Shown here: one piece after another, positions 9,627 through 19,137 of the stretch
Layout of the letters: every line of letters begins with the position of its first letter
Numbering within the stretch: position 1 is the first letter of the stretch
From: an uncultured Gemmatimonadales bacterium
GTDB taxonomy: Bacteria; Gemmatimonadota; Gemmatimonadetes; Gemmatimonadales; GWC2-71-9
Direction of reading: 5' to 3'
Assembly (NCBI GenBank): GCA_963695555.1
Contig: CAVOGR010000007.1
Coordinates: forward strand, 160,001-224,000
Length of the DNA: 64,000 bases
Position numbers and translations under genes: made by a program
Notes under the pieces: generated by a model
The model's database searches: none
What the model was told of the DNA's origin: nothing
What the model saw: only the letters and a program-made list of their open reading frames with translations

Positions 9627-10799
9627 TCACCGGGCCCAGTCCTCGACATGGACGCCATCCAGCAGGGCTGTAGGCTGCGAGCCATCCGCATTCATGATCC
9701 AGGTTCCGTACCCACCGCCCCGCCCGCTCCCGAAGGTGAGCTGAAGCCCGTCAGGCGACCATACTGGCGCCTCATCGTCCGCCGGATGCTGCGTGAGATT
9801 GACCTGGTTCGAGCCATCGGCGTTCATCACGTAGATCTCGCGGTTCCCGTCGCGCGACGACGTGAAGGCGATCTGCGTCCCGTCCGGTGACCAGCGGGGC
9901 CACGTGTCGCCGCCGGATGCGTGCGTGAGCCGGATTACGTTGCTTCCATCCGCATCCATCACGTAGATCTCGCCGACGGCGGCCCGATCCGACGCAAACA
10001 CGATCTTGGTGCCATCCGGCGACCAGTCCGGCCGGGCGCCGTCGGTCCCGACCGTGATGTCCTGTTGGCCACTCCCGTCCGCATTCATGATGTAGATCTT
10101 CGACTGGCTGGAAGGCACCCGACGTTCGAATGCGATACGCGCGCCGTCGGGTGACCAGGCGGCGTGCTCGTCCAGCTGGGCAGGGTCGTTGGTGAGGTTG
10201 GTAGCGCCCGATCCATCCGCGGCGATCGAATAGATATCGGCAACACCGCCGGACAGCCCGCGCACCAGCACGCTCAGACCGTCGGGGGACACCCTCGCAT
10301 AGTCCTCGAACCCCGGGTGCGACATCAGCCGTATGGGTCGCCCCCCATCGGGGTCGGCCGCGAACAGGTCGTACTCGTTGCCGATCCAGGCGGAATACAC
10401 GAGCTGGTTCTCCAGGTGGGTCAGCGCGCACGACACCACGAAGTTGACGGAGGCGGTGGCGCCCTCGAGGATCTGCACGGATGTGGGATTCGAGCCGCCG
10501 ACGGTACAGTTCGCGGCGAGCCCCTCGATCGAGACGGTACGGTTCCCAACCGGCACACCGGAGATGGTCGTGGTCCCATCCACAGGGAGGGTTCCGGAGG
10601 CTCCCTCGACGCGGGCGAGGTACCCATCGAAGTCCCGGTTCCACCCGGTTGTCGAGGTGGTGATCTCGACCGAACCGGTGGGCCCGGAAGGGGCAACGAG
10701 CGGACCACCGGCATCTCCACTGCAGGCCGGCGAAGCCAGTGCGACCGCCAGGACGGCAGAGAGACGCCTTGGGATAAGTGAGCTGAACACGCGCTGCAT
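9627..10799 (-). CDS. TolB-like PD40-repeat lipoprotein with an N-terminal beta-sandwich
   Basis: Five (W/V)SPDG repeats, several with EIYVMNADGS-type segments; lipobox-like SPAC; GLAANC.V.G.NP domain. Confidence 0.85.
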   Translation of the reverse strand: MQRVFSSLIPRRLSAVLAVALASPACSGDAGGPLVAPSGPTGSVEITTSTTGWNRDFDGYLARVEGASGTLPVDGTTTISGVPVGNRTVSIEGLAANCTVGGSNPTSVQILEGATASVNFVVSCALTHLENQLVYSAWIGNEYDLFAADPDGGRPIRLMSHPGFEDYARVSPDGLSVLVRGLSGGVADIYSIAADGSGATNLTNDPAQLDEHAAWSPDGARIAFERRVPSSQSKIYIMNADGSGQQDITVGTDGARPDWSPDGTKIVFASDRAAVGEIYVMDADGSNVIRLTHASGGDTWPRWSPDGTQIAFTSSRDGNREIYVMNADGSNQVNLTQHPADDEAPVWSPDGLQLTFGSGRGGGYGTWIMNADGSQPTALLDGVHVEDWAR

Positions 10800-10998
10800 C
10801 TGAGCCCCCACGAAGAAGGAATGGGCGAGATCGATCCCGCCTCCTTCCAGACGTGAAGCATTGCGATCGGGGGCCAACTCCCGCGGCCACCCCCCTCAAG
10901 TCCGCTTCATGGATCCCGGCCCTCGGAGCCGGTTGGCCCCCACCCGTCGCCTCCTGCGTCTGGGGGATAGTCGGACTCACTTCGGATGGAGGAGCACC

Positions 10999-11565
10999 AT
11001 GAGAGGGCCACTGCAATGGACCCTGACCCTGGCCCTGGCCGGGATCCTGGCCTGCGCCGACTCGTCCCCGGTCGGGCCGCGCCCGGACGACAACTCGGGC
11101 GCACCGGACGTGGCACCGAGCATCGCCAGGCTTCCGTACGAGTCGTTCACGCTCCGCATGGTGGGCTCGGAGGAGAGCCCGTCGGAGGCGTGGGGTGTGT
11201 TACAGGTTCGCACCGGCCTCGTTCCGGCACTTCCCTGCGCGCCGATCGGACTTCGGCTGGTGCGCGGGTTCGCGGTGTGCGGCGTCATGTACAACCCCGG
11301 CCTCGAGCGGTTCGACGCCATGACGTTCGAAGTCGACCTCCCCGGCGGCACCGCACCGTTCCGCGGGTTCCTGGACGCCCCACCAAATCCGTGCACGGCG
11401 GCGCTGATCCGGGGCGTGTTCCCGGCCGAGGCCTCCGGAGCCACCGCGGTCTATGCGACCCTCGAGACCGACGCCGGAATCGTGGTGACCGACGGTCCGG
11501 ATTGGCCGGGGGCCATTCCATCGGCGCCGCCGAACCCGTGCGTGATCACGGTGATGCCAGGCTGA
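10999..11565 (+). CDS. Hypothetical lipoprotein with two APPNPC motifs
   Basis: GGAGGAG RBS; lipobox ILAC; DAPPNPC and SAPPNPC. Confidence 0.65.
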   Translation: MRGPLQWTLTLALAGILACADSSPVGPRPDDNSGAPDVAPSIARLPYESFTLRMVGSEESPSEAWGVLQVRTGLVPALPCAPIGLRLVRGFAVCGVMYNPGLERFDAMTFEVDLPGGTAPFRGFLDAPPNPCTAALIRGVFPAEASGATAVYATLETDAGIVVTDGPDWPGAIPSAPPNPCVITVMPG

Positions 11566-11597
11566 AACAGCCAGCGATTCAATCGAGGAGAAATATC

Positions 11598-11816
11598 ATG
11601 CGAAGACTTGCCCTCATTGCCCTATTCCTGGGGCTGGATGTTGCCGGGCTCGCCGCACAGACCTCAAAGGTCTCATGGAACGGCCAGCGGCAACTCGTCG
11701 TGAGCACGCGTAGCGACTGGACCCTGATGCTCACCGTCAAGTCTCCCACTGGTGCCAAGATCGGGAAGGAGACCACGCTGGCAGTCGCGCGAGATCTCAT
11801 CGCGCGGCTTCCCTGA
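11598..11816 (+). CDS. 72-aa secreted peptide resembling the C-terminus of the next gene
   Basis: GAGGAG RBS; signal peptide MRRLALIALFLGLDVAGLAAQ; ends GKETTLAVARDLIARLP. Confidence 0.55.
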   Translation: MRRLALIALFLGLDVAGLAAQTSKVSWNGQRQLVVSTRSDWTLMLTVKSPTGAKIGKETTLAVARDLIARLP

Positions 11817-11860
11817 GGAAATGAACTACTCACAACGCCGAAATAGGTGGAGGTGGAAGC

Positions 11861-12457
11861 ATGAGCGAGCAAATGGTACGAGTGAGCGGCGCCAGCAGAT
11901 CCGCCAAAGCCGCGACGCTGGTTGCCCTCGGGGTGTTGGTGTGGAGCTGCACAGGAAAGGAGGCCAGCGTCAACGAAACAGGCGGCGCAAACGCAGCGGA
12001 GGTCGAGACTGGCGTGAACGCCCCCGCCCCCGCGGACGCGAAAGCCGGGCTCGCCGCCATCGACGTGTGCTCGCTGCTCACCTTCGACGAGATCGAGGAA
12101 GTAACGACCATCCGTCCGGATGCCGCCTTGAGTGAGACGATGGGTCGGACGTTGCCTGGCTGCAGCTACAACAGCGAGCGGGAACTCTACCCGGTCGCTC
12201 ACGTGGGCATCCAGGAGGGTGCGCACGACTCGTGGGACGCATGGGTCGCGGCCATGATCGCGAGCGGGTGGGGAGACCCCTCGATTGACGGGGAGCGGGT
12301 CGACATCGGGCGCTTCGGCCACTATCGCGACGGATTGCTCCAAGTCGGAACGGGGAACATGATTCTCACGGTCCTGGTCAACTCCTCGGGCCGGAAGGCG
12401 CGCGGCAAAGAGGGAGTGATTGAACTCGCTCGTCACGCCCTGACGCGGCTTCCCTAG
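11861..12457 (+). CDS. DUF3558-like lipoprotein
   Basis: GGAGG RBS; lipobox VWSC; DVCSLLT.DEI, GCSY and terminal ELARHALTRLP pattern. Confidence 0.65.
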   Translation: MSEQMVRVSGASRSAKAATLVALGVLVWSCTGKEASVNETGGANAAEVETGVNAPAPADAKAGLAAIDVCSLLTFDEIEEVTTIRPDAALSETMGRTLPGCSYNSERELYPVAHVGIQEGAHDSWDAWVAAMIASGWGDPSIDGERVDIGRFGHYRDGLLQVGTGNMILTVLVNSSGRKARGKEGVIELARHALTRLP

Positions 12458-12580
12458 CGCCACGCCCACTCTCATGCGCCCCCGTGAGGCTTGCCCGCCC
12501 GAAAAGCGAATCCTAACTTGGTTCGTCGGATCGCCCGCAGGGCGGCGGGCCGGGCAGCTCTACTGGTCGCGGGGGTCCAT

Positions 12581-13156
12581 GTGGGCGACGAACAGGAATT
12601 CACGGTACTGCTCGGTCGCATCGGATCCGGGGACCAGCGGGCGTGGGACGCGCTCTTTCGGATCGCCTACGACGAACTCCGCCGCCGCGCCCATTTTCAG
12701 CGGCGGGACGCGCCCGCCAGCGAAACCGTGGGCACCACGGTGCTGGTCCACGAGACCTTCCTCAAGCTGGCGGGCGCGGCACGGCCACAGTGGGACGACC
12801 GCCGCCATTTCTTCCGCGTCGCCGCGCGGGCGATGCGACAAATCCTCCTCGACCAGGCGCGCCGCCGCGTGGCCCAGAAGCGCGGCGGTGGTGAGTTCGC
12901 CCTGGACATCGACGAGCTTCAGGTCGGTGTCGAAACCGATCAGAATCAACTGGTCGCGCTCGACCAGGCCCTCTCACGGCTCGAAGCCGAAAACCCACGC
13001 TTGGCCGAGGTGGTTGAACTCCGGTTCTTCGCCGGCCTGTCGGTGGACGAGACCGCGGCCGCCTTGGGCGTCTCGGAGCGCACCGTGAAACGCGACTGGC
13101 GGCTGGCGCGCGCGTTCCTCCACAGCGAGCTCGACGAAGAGGTCGAGGGCGCCTAG
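12581..13156 (+). CDS. Kinase-associated ECF sigma factor (TIGR02999-type)
   Basis: YDELRRRA, TTVLVHETFLKL, RHFF.VAARAMRQILLD.AR...QKRGG, VELRFFAGLS and TVKRDWRLARAFL motifs; start uncertain. Confidence 0.92.
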   Translation: MGDEQEFTVLLGRIGSGDQRAWDALFRIAYDELRRRAHFQRRDAPASETVGTTVLVHETFLKLAGAARPQWDDRRHFFRVAARAMRQILLDQARRRVAQKRGGGEFALDIDELQVGVETDQNQLVALDQALSRLEAENPRLAEVVELRFFAGLSVDETAAALGVSERTVKRDWRLARAFLHSELDEEVEGA

Positions 13157-13172
13157 CCGTATCCCCGCCCAC

Positions 13173-16046
13173 GTGCCCCCAAACCGGACCGGCGTGCCGC
13201 CAACGCCCGATTGGACCCGCATCCAAGAAATCTTCGACGATGTGGTCGACCTCCCTCCCGACCAACGCGACCGCGCCCTCGATCGACTCTGCGGCAACGA
13301 CCGACAGCTCCGCTCCCGGATCGCCCGGCTCGTCCGTGCCGACTCGGGCGCGCACGGCGTGCTCGACACCCCTGCTGAAATCCAGGCTCGCTGGCTGTTC
13401 AACCCGCTACAGGACCCAGACATGGATACCGGCCCGCCGCCCCTGACTGAAGGAGCGCGCGTCGGTCCATACCGGATCATCGACCTCATCGCCCATGGCG
13501 GCATGGGGTCGGTCTACCGGGCCGAACGCGCCGATGGGGCGTACCAGCAACGGGTCGCTCTCAAGGTGGTGCGTGCGAGCCATCTGGTTGGCGACCTGGA
13601 GCGCCGCTTCCTCCGCGAGCGGCAGATCCTGGCGCGGCTTCAGCATCCAGGCATCGCGCGGCTGCTCGACGGAGGGGTGACCACGGAAGGCTCGCCCTAC
13701 CTCGCGATGGAACTGGTCGAGGGCTTGCCGTTCACCCGGTGGGCCGACCAACACAACATCGACATCGAAGGCCGGCTCCGGGCGTTTCTCGAGGTGTGCG
13801 ATGCCGTGCAATACGCGCATCGAAACCTCATCGTCCATCGCGACCTCAAGCCGTCGAACATTCTGGTCACCGAGCAGGGACGAGTACGCCTGCTCGACTT
13901 CGGAATCGCTCGCCTGCTCGAGGCCGACGGCCCGGCGGATGCGGCGTCCGAACCGGTGACCCGAACCGGCATGCTACTCATGACGCCGGAGTATGCCAGC
14001 CCGGAACTGATACGCGGCGAGCCGGTGACCACGGCGATGGACGTGTACGCGTTGGGCGCGATCCTGTACGAGCTCCTGACCGGAGCGCGGCCCTTCTCGG
14101 CGCGCTCCGGTTCGTTGATCGAGCTCGCCGCCCGGCTCGAGCAAGAGCCTGCGCCGCCCAGCCGGTCACCCAAACTCGACGCCAGGCGGAGCCACGCCCT
14201 GGTCGGCGACCTGGACACCATCGCACTGCACGCACTCCAGAACGACGCGGCGCGGCGGTATCCGTCGGTCGAGGCATTGGCCGACGATGTTCGCCGCCAC
14301 CTCGACGGGCTTCCCGTCGCCGCTCGACCGGACGCCTGGGGTTACCGAGCGGCCAAGTACGTAAACCGGCATCGTGCCGGAGTCGCCGCCGCGGCCGCGC
14401 TCGTGCTCACACTCCTCGGCGGCCTCGCTACCACCCTGTGGCAGGCGCGGGCGACCCGCGTGGAAGCGGCGCGCGCCCAGGCGGTGAGCGCCTTTCTCTT
14501 TAGCCTCTTCGAGAGCGCCGACCCCTATCAGAACCTCGGCGAAGTGCCGAATGCGATCACACTGCTGGATCGCGGCGCTGCCAGGATCGACTCGCTTGGC
14601 GCAGGCGCCGGACCGGAGGTGCGCGTCGACCTGCTCACCACCCTCGGCCGGCTGTATGCAAATCTCGGTGCCTTCGACCGCAGCACGGCGTTGCTGGAGC
14701 GGGCGGTCGGCGAGGCGACCGCCCGGTTTGGGGCGAACGAGCGAACCGGCGCGGCGCTGGACGCGCTGGCGGTGACCCTGATCGAGGCCGGCCAGCTCGA
14801 CAGCGCGCAGGCCGTGGCCGCCAGGGGCCTCGCGGTCCGCGAACGAGCGCATGTGGCCGATACGTTGCTCGCGGCGAGCCACAGCACGCTGGGCACGATC
14901 GCAAGCGGACTGGGCCAGTTCGACGACGCCGCCACCAACCACCGAATGGCACTCGAATTGGATCGACGTGCACTATCCGGGGACCACCCGCGCATCAAGC
15001 GCGACCTGAACAACCTCGGATTGACACTCGAAGAAATCTCGGATTTCGATGAATCCGAACGTATGCTCCGTGAGGGTCTCGACATGAGCCGTCGCCTCTT
15101 CGGCGAGACACACCCGGACGTGGCCACGGCATACCAGTCCCTGGCGCATACCCTGGGGAACAAAGGCGAACTCGCGGCGGCCGAAGACCTCTACCGCCGG
15201 GGACTGGCGGTGAACCGGGCCGTCTACGGCGAATCCCACCCCGAAGTGGCACGGAGCCTCGATCAGCTCGGCTTGTGGATCGACCGCCAGGGCCGCCACG
15301 CCGAGGCGGACAGCCTGTACCAGGTCGCCCTCGCCATTCGCATCGCGACCCTGGGGGAAGACCATTTGGACGTGGGGGCGACCCTCAACAACATCGCCAC
15401 GCTACGTTACCGCGAGGGCGACTATGCCGGAGCGGTCGAGGCGCAGGAACGCGCGCTGGCCATCTGGCTTCGGGCCTATGGTCCGAACCACTCGCGCGTC
15501 GCGGTCGCGATCAACAACCTGGGGGCCATGCAGCTCCGATCGGGCGACCTCGACGGCGCCGAGACCAACCTGTCGCGCGCACTCGAGATCCGACTGGCAC
15601 TGGTCCCACAGGACCTTGACGCCGTCGGGGCGTCCTACCGAAATCTCGGCGACCTGCGCCGGCAGCAGGGTCGGTTCGGTGATGCGGCCGCTCTCTATGA
15701 CAAGGCGATTACGGTATTCACTGAGCTGGTTGGGCCCGACTACTGGCGGGTGGCCGATGCCCAGCTAGGCCGCGGAGCGGCGCTGGTCGAGCTGGACCGG
15801 CCCGCCGAGGCCCTGCCGGCACTGGAGGACGCCCTACGGATTCGATCCAAGACCTTCGTGGCCAACGACCTCCGCATCCAGGAAGCGAGGCTCTGGCTCG
15901 GCGCGGCCCTCGCCCGGCTGGGCCGGACATCTGAGGCTCGCCCACTCCTGGAGAGTGCCCGGAACGCCTTCGCGGCCGCGATGGGCGACGGCGATCCGAA
16001 CGCTGAGAGAGCGGTCTTGGAGCTCCGCCTGATTCAGGCCCGCTGA
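13173..16046 (+). CDS. Membrane Ser/Thr protein kinase with C-terminal TPR repeats
   Basis: GGMGSVY, VALK, HRDLKPSN, LDFG, TPEYASPE, DVYALG; one TM helix; multiple ~42-aa TPR repeats (HPDVA...NNL). Confidence 0.95.
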   Translation: MPPNRTGVPPTPDWTRIQEIFDDVVDLPPDQRDRALDRLCGNDRQLRSRIARLVRADSGAHGVLDTPAEIQARWLFNPLQDPDMDTGPPPLTEGARVGPYRIIDLIAHGGMGSVYRAERADGAYQQRVALKVVRASHLVGDLERRFLRERQILARLQHPGIARLLDGGVTTEGSPYLAMELVEGLPFTRWADQHNIDIEGRLRAFLEVCDAVQYAHRNLIVHRDLKPSNILVTEQGRVRLLDFGIARLLEADGPADAASEPVTRTGMLLMTPEYASPELIRGEPVTTAMDVYALGAILYELLTGARPFSARSGSLIELAARLEQEPAPPSRSPKLDARRSHALVGDLDTIALHALQNDAARRYPSVEALADDVRRHLDGLPVAARPDAWGYRAAKYVNRHRAGVAAAAALVLTLLGGLATTLWQARATRVEAARAQAVSAFLFSLFESADPYQNLGEVPNAITLLDRGAARIDSLGAGAGPEVRVDLLTTLGRLYANLGAFDRSTALLERAVGEATARFGANERTGAALDALAVTLIEAGQLDSAQAVAARGLAVRERAHVADTLLAASHSTLGTIASGLGQFDDAATNHRMALELDRRALSGDHPRIKRDLNNLGLTLEEISDFDESERMLREGLDMSRRLFGETHPDVATAYQSLAHTLGNKGELAAAEDLYRRGLAVNRAVYGESHPEVARSLDQLGLWIDRQGRHAEADSLYQVALAIRIATLGEDHLDVGATLNNIATLRYREGDYAGAVEAQERALAIWLRAYGPNHSRVAVAINNLGAMQLRSGDLDGAETNLSRALEIRLALVPQDLDAVGASYRNLGDLRRQQGRFGDAAALYDKAITVFTELVGPDYWRVADAQLGRGAALVELDRPAEALPALEDALRIRSKTFVANDLRIQEARLWLGAALARLGRTSEARPLLESARNAFAAAMGDGDPNAERAVLELRLIQAR

Positions 16047-16174
16047 TAGCCAGCCGCGCCAAACCGCGCTCCGCTGCCTCAAGGTCTTCGCCCTTCGGCC
16101 TGGGCTCGCTACCTCTGGTGAGCCTGGATGGCGGCTGCCTACCAAACCACCCCTCCTTCCTCGGCCCCACACTG

Positions 16175-16201
16175 GTAAACGCATTGCCCCCCAGCAGCGT
16201 A
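16175..16201 (+). promoter_or_regulatory. Putative autoregulatory ECF promoter GTAAAC-N17-CGTA
   Basis: AAC/CGT ECF-type boxes end 7 bp before an in-frame GTG at 16208. Confidence 0.5.
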
Positions 16202-16207
16202 TCATCA

Positions 16208-16834
16208 GTGCATGAACGAGCGACCGGATCCATCGTGAGCGCGCTCCGGAACCTCAACGAATCGGTTGCGCTGCTGATCGTGCGGGCCCAGCATGGCGAC
16301 ACGGCGGCCTTTGCCGACCTCGTGCGGGCCTGCCGGCCCCTGGTCTACCGCTGGTCGGTGGTGGCCACGGGAGATCCGGACGAGGCCGAAGACGTGACCC
16401 AGGAGGTGCTGGTGCGGCTCTATCTCTCGCTCGACCGGTACCGAACCGATGCCACCTTCACGACCTGGCTCTATCGCATGACGCGCAATGCCGCGACCGA
16501 CCGGTTCCGCAGGTACCAGAGCCGGCTCCGGCTCCTCCGATCGAACGAGGCAGAGCCAGGCACCGCGGAGAGTGATCCGGCTGCGAGTCCATCGGCCCGG
16601 GTGCTCGCAGCCGAGGCGCGCGGTATCGTCTGGAGATTCCTGGCCTGGCTCCCCGCGCGGCAGCGGGAAGTGCTGGACCTGGTCGACCTGCAGGACTTCA
16701 CCCCGGCGGAAGTGGCCGAACTGCTCGGCCTCGACGGCGGCACCGTCCGGGCCCACCTGCACCGGGCCAGGCGGACCCTGCGGTTGAAGATCACCGAGCG
16801 CTATCCAGAATACGGAAAAGGAGAAGGCGAGTGA
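16208..16834 (+). CDS. ECF RNA polymerase sigma factor
   Basis: DEAEDVTQEV, FTTWLYR.TRN, LPARQREV and TVRAHLHRAR motifs; start uncertain (16208 or 16235). Confidence 0.92.
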   Translation: MHERATGSIVSALRNLNESVALLIVRAQHGDTAAFADLVRACRPLVYRWSVVATGDPDEAEDVTQEVLVRLYLSLDRYRTDATFTTWLYRMTRNAATDRFRRYQSRLRLLRSNEAEPGTAESDPAASPSARVLAAEARGIVWRFLAWLPARQREVLDLVDLQDFTPAEVAELLGLDGGTVRAHLHRARRTLRLKITERYPEYGKGEGE

Positions 16835-17280
16835 CCTGTCCCGAGATCCACGACCAACTGCTCGAGGCCGCTCCATCGGAGTTACGGGGCGAGGGCGAGT
16901 CGGCGGTGGCGCACCACATGCGAAGCTGCCCGCGTTGCCGCGAGTTGGCTGAGCGGATCGTGGCGGAAGAGCGTCGCCTCCAGAGTGCCCTGGCCGCGCT
17001 CGAGCCACAGCAACCGGTCGATGACGCCGTACGCGCCGCCGTCGGTCAGGCGCGGCAGCGCCGTCGACGACGCTGGGTCGTGGCGTCGGGCCTGGCCGCG
17101 GCTGCCGTCGCGGCATTCGCCCTCTGGCAGAGCGGTCGGTCGGCGCTCCCGCTCGCTGCGCCACCAACTGCCATGGCCCAACCGTTCGTCCAAACCAGTG
17201 CGGACCAGAATGTCATCGTGTACCAAACGGCCAACCCCGACATCGTCGTGGTCTGGCTGTATCAACGGAACGGGAGCTGA
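16831..17280 (+). CDS. Zinc-finger (ZAS) anti-sigma factor
   Basis: HMRSCPRC (HxxxCxxC); one TM helix; short extracytoplasmic tail; GTGA overlap with the sigma gene. Confidence 0.85.
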   Translation: MTCPEIHDQLLEAAPSELRGEGESAVAHHMRSCPRCRELAERIVAEERRLQSALAALEPQQPVDDAVRAAVGQARQRRRRRWVVASGLAAAAVAAFALWQSGRSALPLAAPPTAMAQPFVQTSADQNVIVYQTANPDIVVVWLYQRNGS

Positions 17281-17283
17281 TTT

Positions 17284-17952
17284 ATGCGTCTACTCACCCT
17301 CGTCCTCGTGGCTGCGATCGCGGCCGCCTGCGGGACCGCGCCCTCACTCGACACCGAGACCTTCACCCTCGACCACATCGGCGGGGGCCAAGCCGCCACC
17401 CTCGTCGAGCCGTATGTATTTACCGACCGTCCGAATGCGCCGGGATCGATCAGTCACTCGGGCAACATGCTGACCGTGAGGGAGACGCGCGACAACCTCG
17501 ACAAGATCCGCCGCGTCCTCGGCGAGATCGACCTACCCCGACCAACCGTCCGGCTCCACTTCCAGCTGATCGAGGCCGACGGCGCCGGGAAGTCCGACCC
17601 CGCCATCGCCGAGGTCGAGACCGAGCTACGCAAGCTGTTCCGCTATCAAGGTTATCGGCTGTTGCACGACGCGGTGGTTGGGGGGACCGAGGGCAGCCAC
17701 ATCGAGCAGGTCGTCGGGCGGGAGGACGATGCCAATGCCGGATACATGCTCATCGCGAACATCGGCGCGGTCCGGGCGTCGGGAGACTCCGGTACGGTGC
17801 AACTGGATGTCGGCGTCCGGAACCCCATGCGCGGCGCGCTCATGACCAGCGTCAATGCTCGAGCCGGTCAGACGCTGGTGGTGGGCAACGCCCAGCTCAT
17901 CCAAGGCGGCGGGACACTGATCCTCACCGTGCGGCCGGAGTTCATGCGCTAG
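17284..17952 (+). CDS. Lipoprotein with a secretin N-domain-like region and no full secretin barrel
   Basis: Lipobox AAAC; TFTLDH...NMLTVRETRDNLDKIRRVLGEIDLPRPTVRLHFQLIEA; ends LILTVRPE; only 222 aa. Confidence 0.7.
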   Translation: MRLLTLVLVAAIAAACGTAPSLDTETFTLDHIGGGQAATLVEPYVFTDRPNAPGSISHSGNMLTVRETRDNLDKIRRVLGEIDLPRPTVRLHFQLIEADGAGKSDPAIAEVETELRKLFRYQGYRLLHDAVVGGTEGSHIEQVVGREDDANAGYMLIANIGAVRASGDSGTVQLDVGVRNPMRGALMTSVNARAGQTLVVGNAQLIQGGGTLILTVRPEFMR

Positions 17953-18048
17953 GTAGCATGCGCGTCGTACCACATGGGGCTGCTACGGTCTAGATTTCCG
18001 CCGTCAGAGGTCGGCGGCGGACCTGTCGGACCGTGAGGAGGCACACCC

Positions 18049-18339
18049 ATGTACCCAGCCAGCGCAGCGGCAGGCGGAGCGGCCGCGGCCGCGGCCATCG
18101 CCCAGGCCATCAAGGCATCGGGCGTCATCGTCGGACTGGAACCCGATGAGTTCCAGAAGATCCTCCGCCGCCAGGAGGCTCCACTCGTGGTGGAGGCCCT
18201 CGGCGGATTCCGGAACAAGACCAGACATTACTTGACGAGCTACAAGGGGCTCGCCTTCCACACCAAGACCAAGGACCGCATCATCCTGCCGTCGCGGGCC
18301 GAAGTGGTGCTCGCTAAGAAGATCTGGCTGCCTGCGTAG
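18049..18339 (+). CDS. Small conserved-looking hypothetical protein
   Basis: GAGGAGG RBS; AAAIAQAIKASG.IV, YLTSYKGLAF.TK and AKKIW.P motifs. Confidence 0.75.
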   Translation: MYPASAAAGGAAAAAAIAQAIKASGVIVGLEPDEFQKILRRQEAPLVVEALGGFRNKTRHYLTSYKGLAFHTKTKDRIILPSRAEVVLAKKIWLPA

Positions 18340-19033
18340 CGCTCTCGGGCACCGGCACGTCCCCCGGGACCACCTCGAAGTGCGTGATCGATAGCTCGAG
18401 TCCGTGGTTGACCCGTAACCCAACGATCCCGTCCACATCGATGTCCGACCTCGGGATACGGGTTACTTCCTCACCGTTGATGCTGAACGTCACCGCGTCA
18501 GGCCCCGCATCGATCCGCAGGGCGTTCTCGGGAGCATCGCCACCCTCCGGTTGGCGCGCGATCGCAGCATGGTCGGTCCAGTCCTCGATGGTCGAGGTCT
18601 CGGCACCGATCCGGCGCTTGATGAGAAACTTCCCGTCCTGCCGTATCATGAAATACACGTACGACTGCACCACCGACTGTAAATCCTTGCCGCCGACGAA
18701 CAGCCCGTAGGCCTCGCCATGGGGCGTGGGTTTCAGCTGAACGAAGCGCGCCTCGGCAGAGAAGTCCGCCGAGACGGTCAGCACCGGGTTGAACAGAATG
18801 GCGGCGGGGCCGGTACGCACCGTGTAGCCGGGATCTGCGCTCCGGAACTCGACGCCCGCTGGGTCCTCGCCCGGCCGATCGAGCCGGACCTCCCAGCCCG
18901 TAGGGAGCCCGGTGGTGGTCTCCGGAACTGCCGCGTCGGGGGTAGTGTTCGACCGACGGTCACTCTGACACGCAACGGCCGCCAGGAGGAGCAACACGGC
19001 GCCAGCTGTTCGGAAGCGTGGGTGAGAGCTCAT
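18314..19033 (-). CDS. Hypothetical lipoprotein, ConA/DUF1080-like beta-sandwich
   Basis: Lipobox AVAC; TGPAAI, EAYGLFVGG.DL, YFMIRQDGKFLIK.R and G.VGLRVNH motifs. Confidence 0.7.
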   Translation of the reverse strand: MSSHPRFRTAGAVLLLLAAVACQSDRRSNTTPDAAVPETTTGLPTGWEVRLDRPGEDPAGVEFRSADPGYTVRTGPAAILFNPVLTVSADFSAEARFVQLKPTPHGEAYGLFVGGKDLQSVVQSYVYFMIRQDGKFLIKRRIGAETSTIEDWTDHAAIARQPEGGDAPENALRIDAGPDAVTFSINGEEVTRIPRSDIDVDGIVGLRVNHGLELSITHFEVVPGDVPVPESATQAARSS

Positions 19034-19137
19034 TGGGTACTCCGCAAACGATGTTAGGTTAGGACACATGGGCCGGCACGAATGTAGTCCGCCGCCCTGG
19101 CCTGAGCCAGCACCGCCTGCGTACGGAGGCTGACAGC

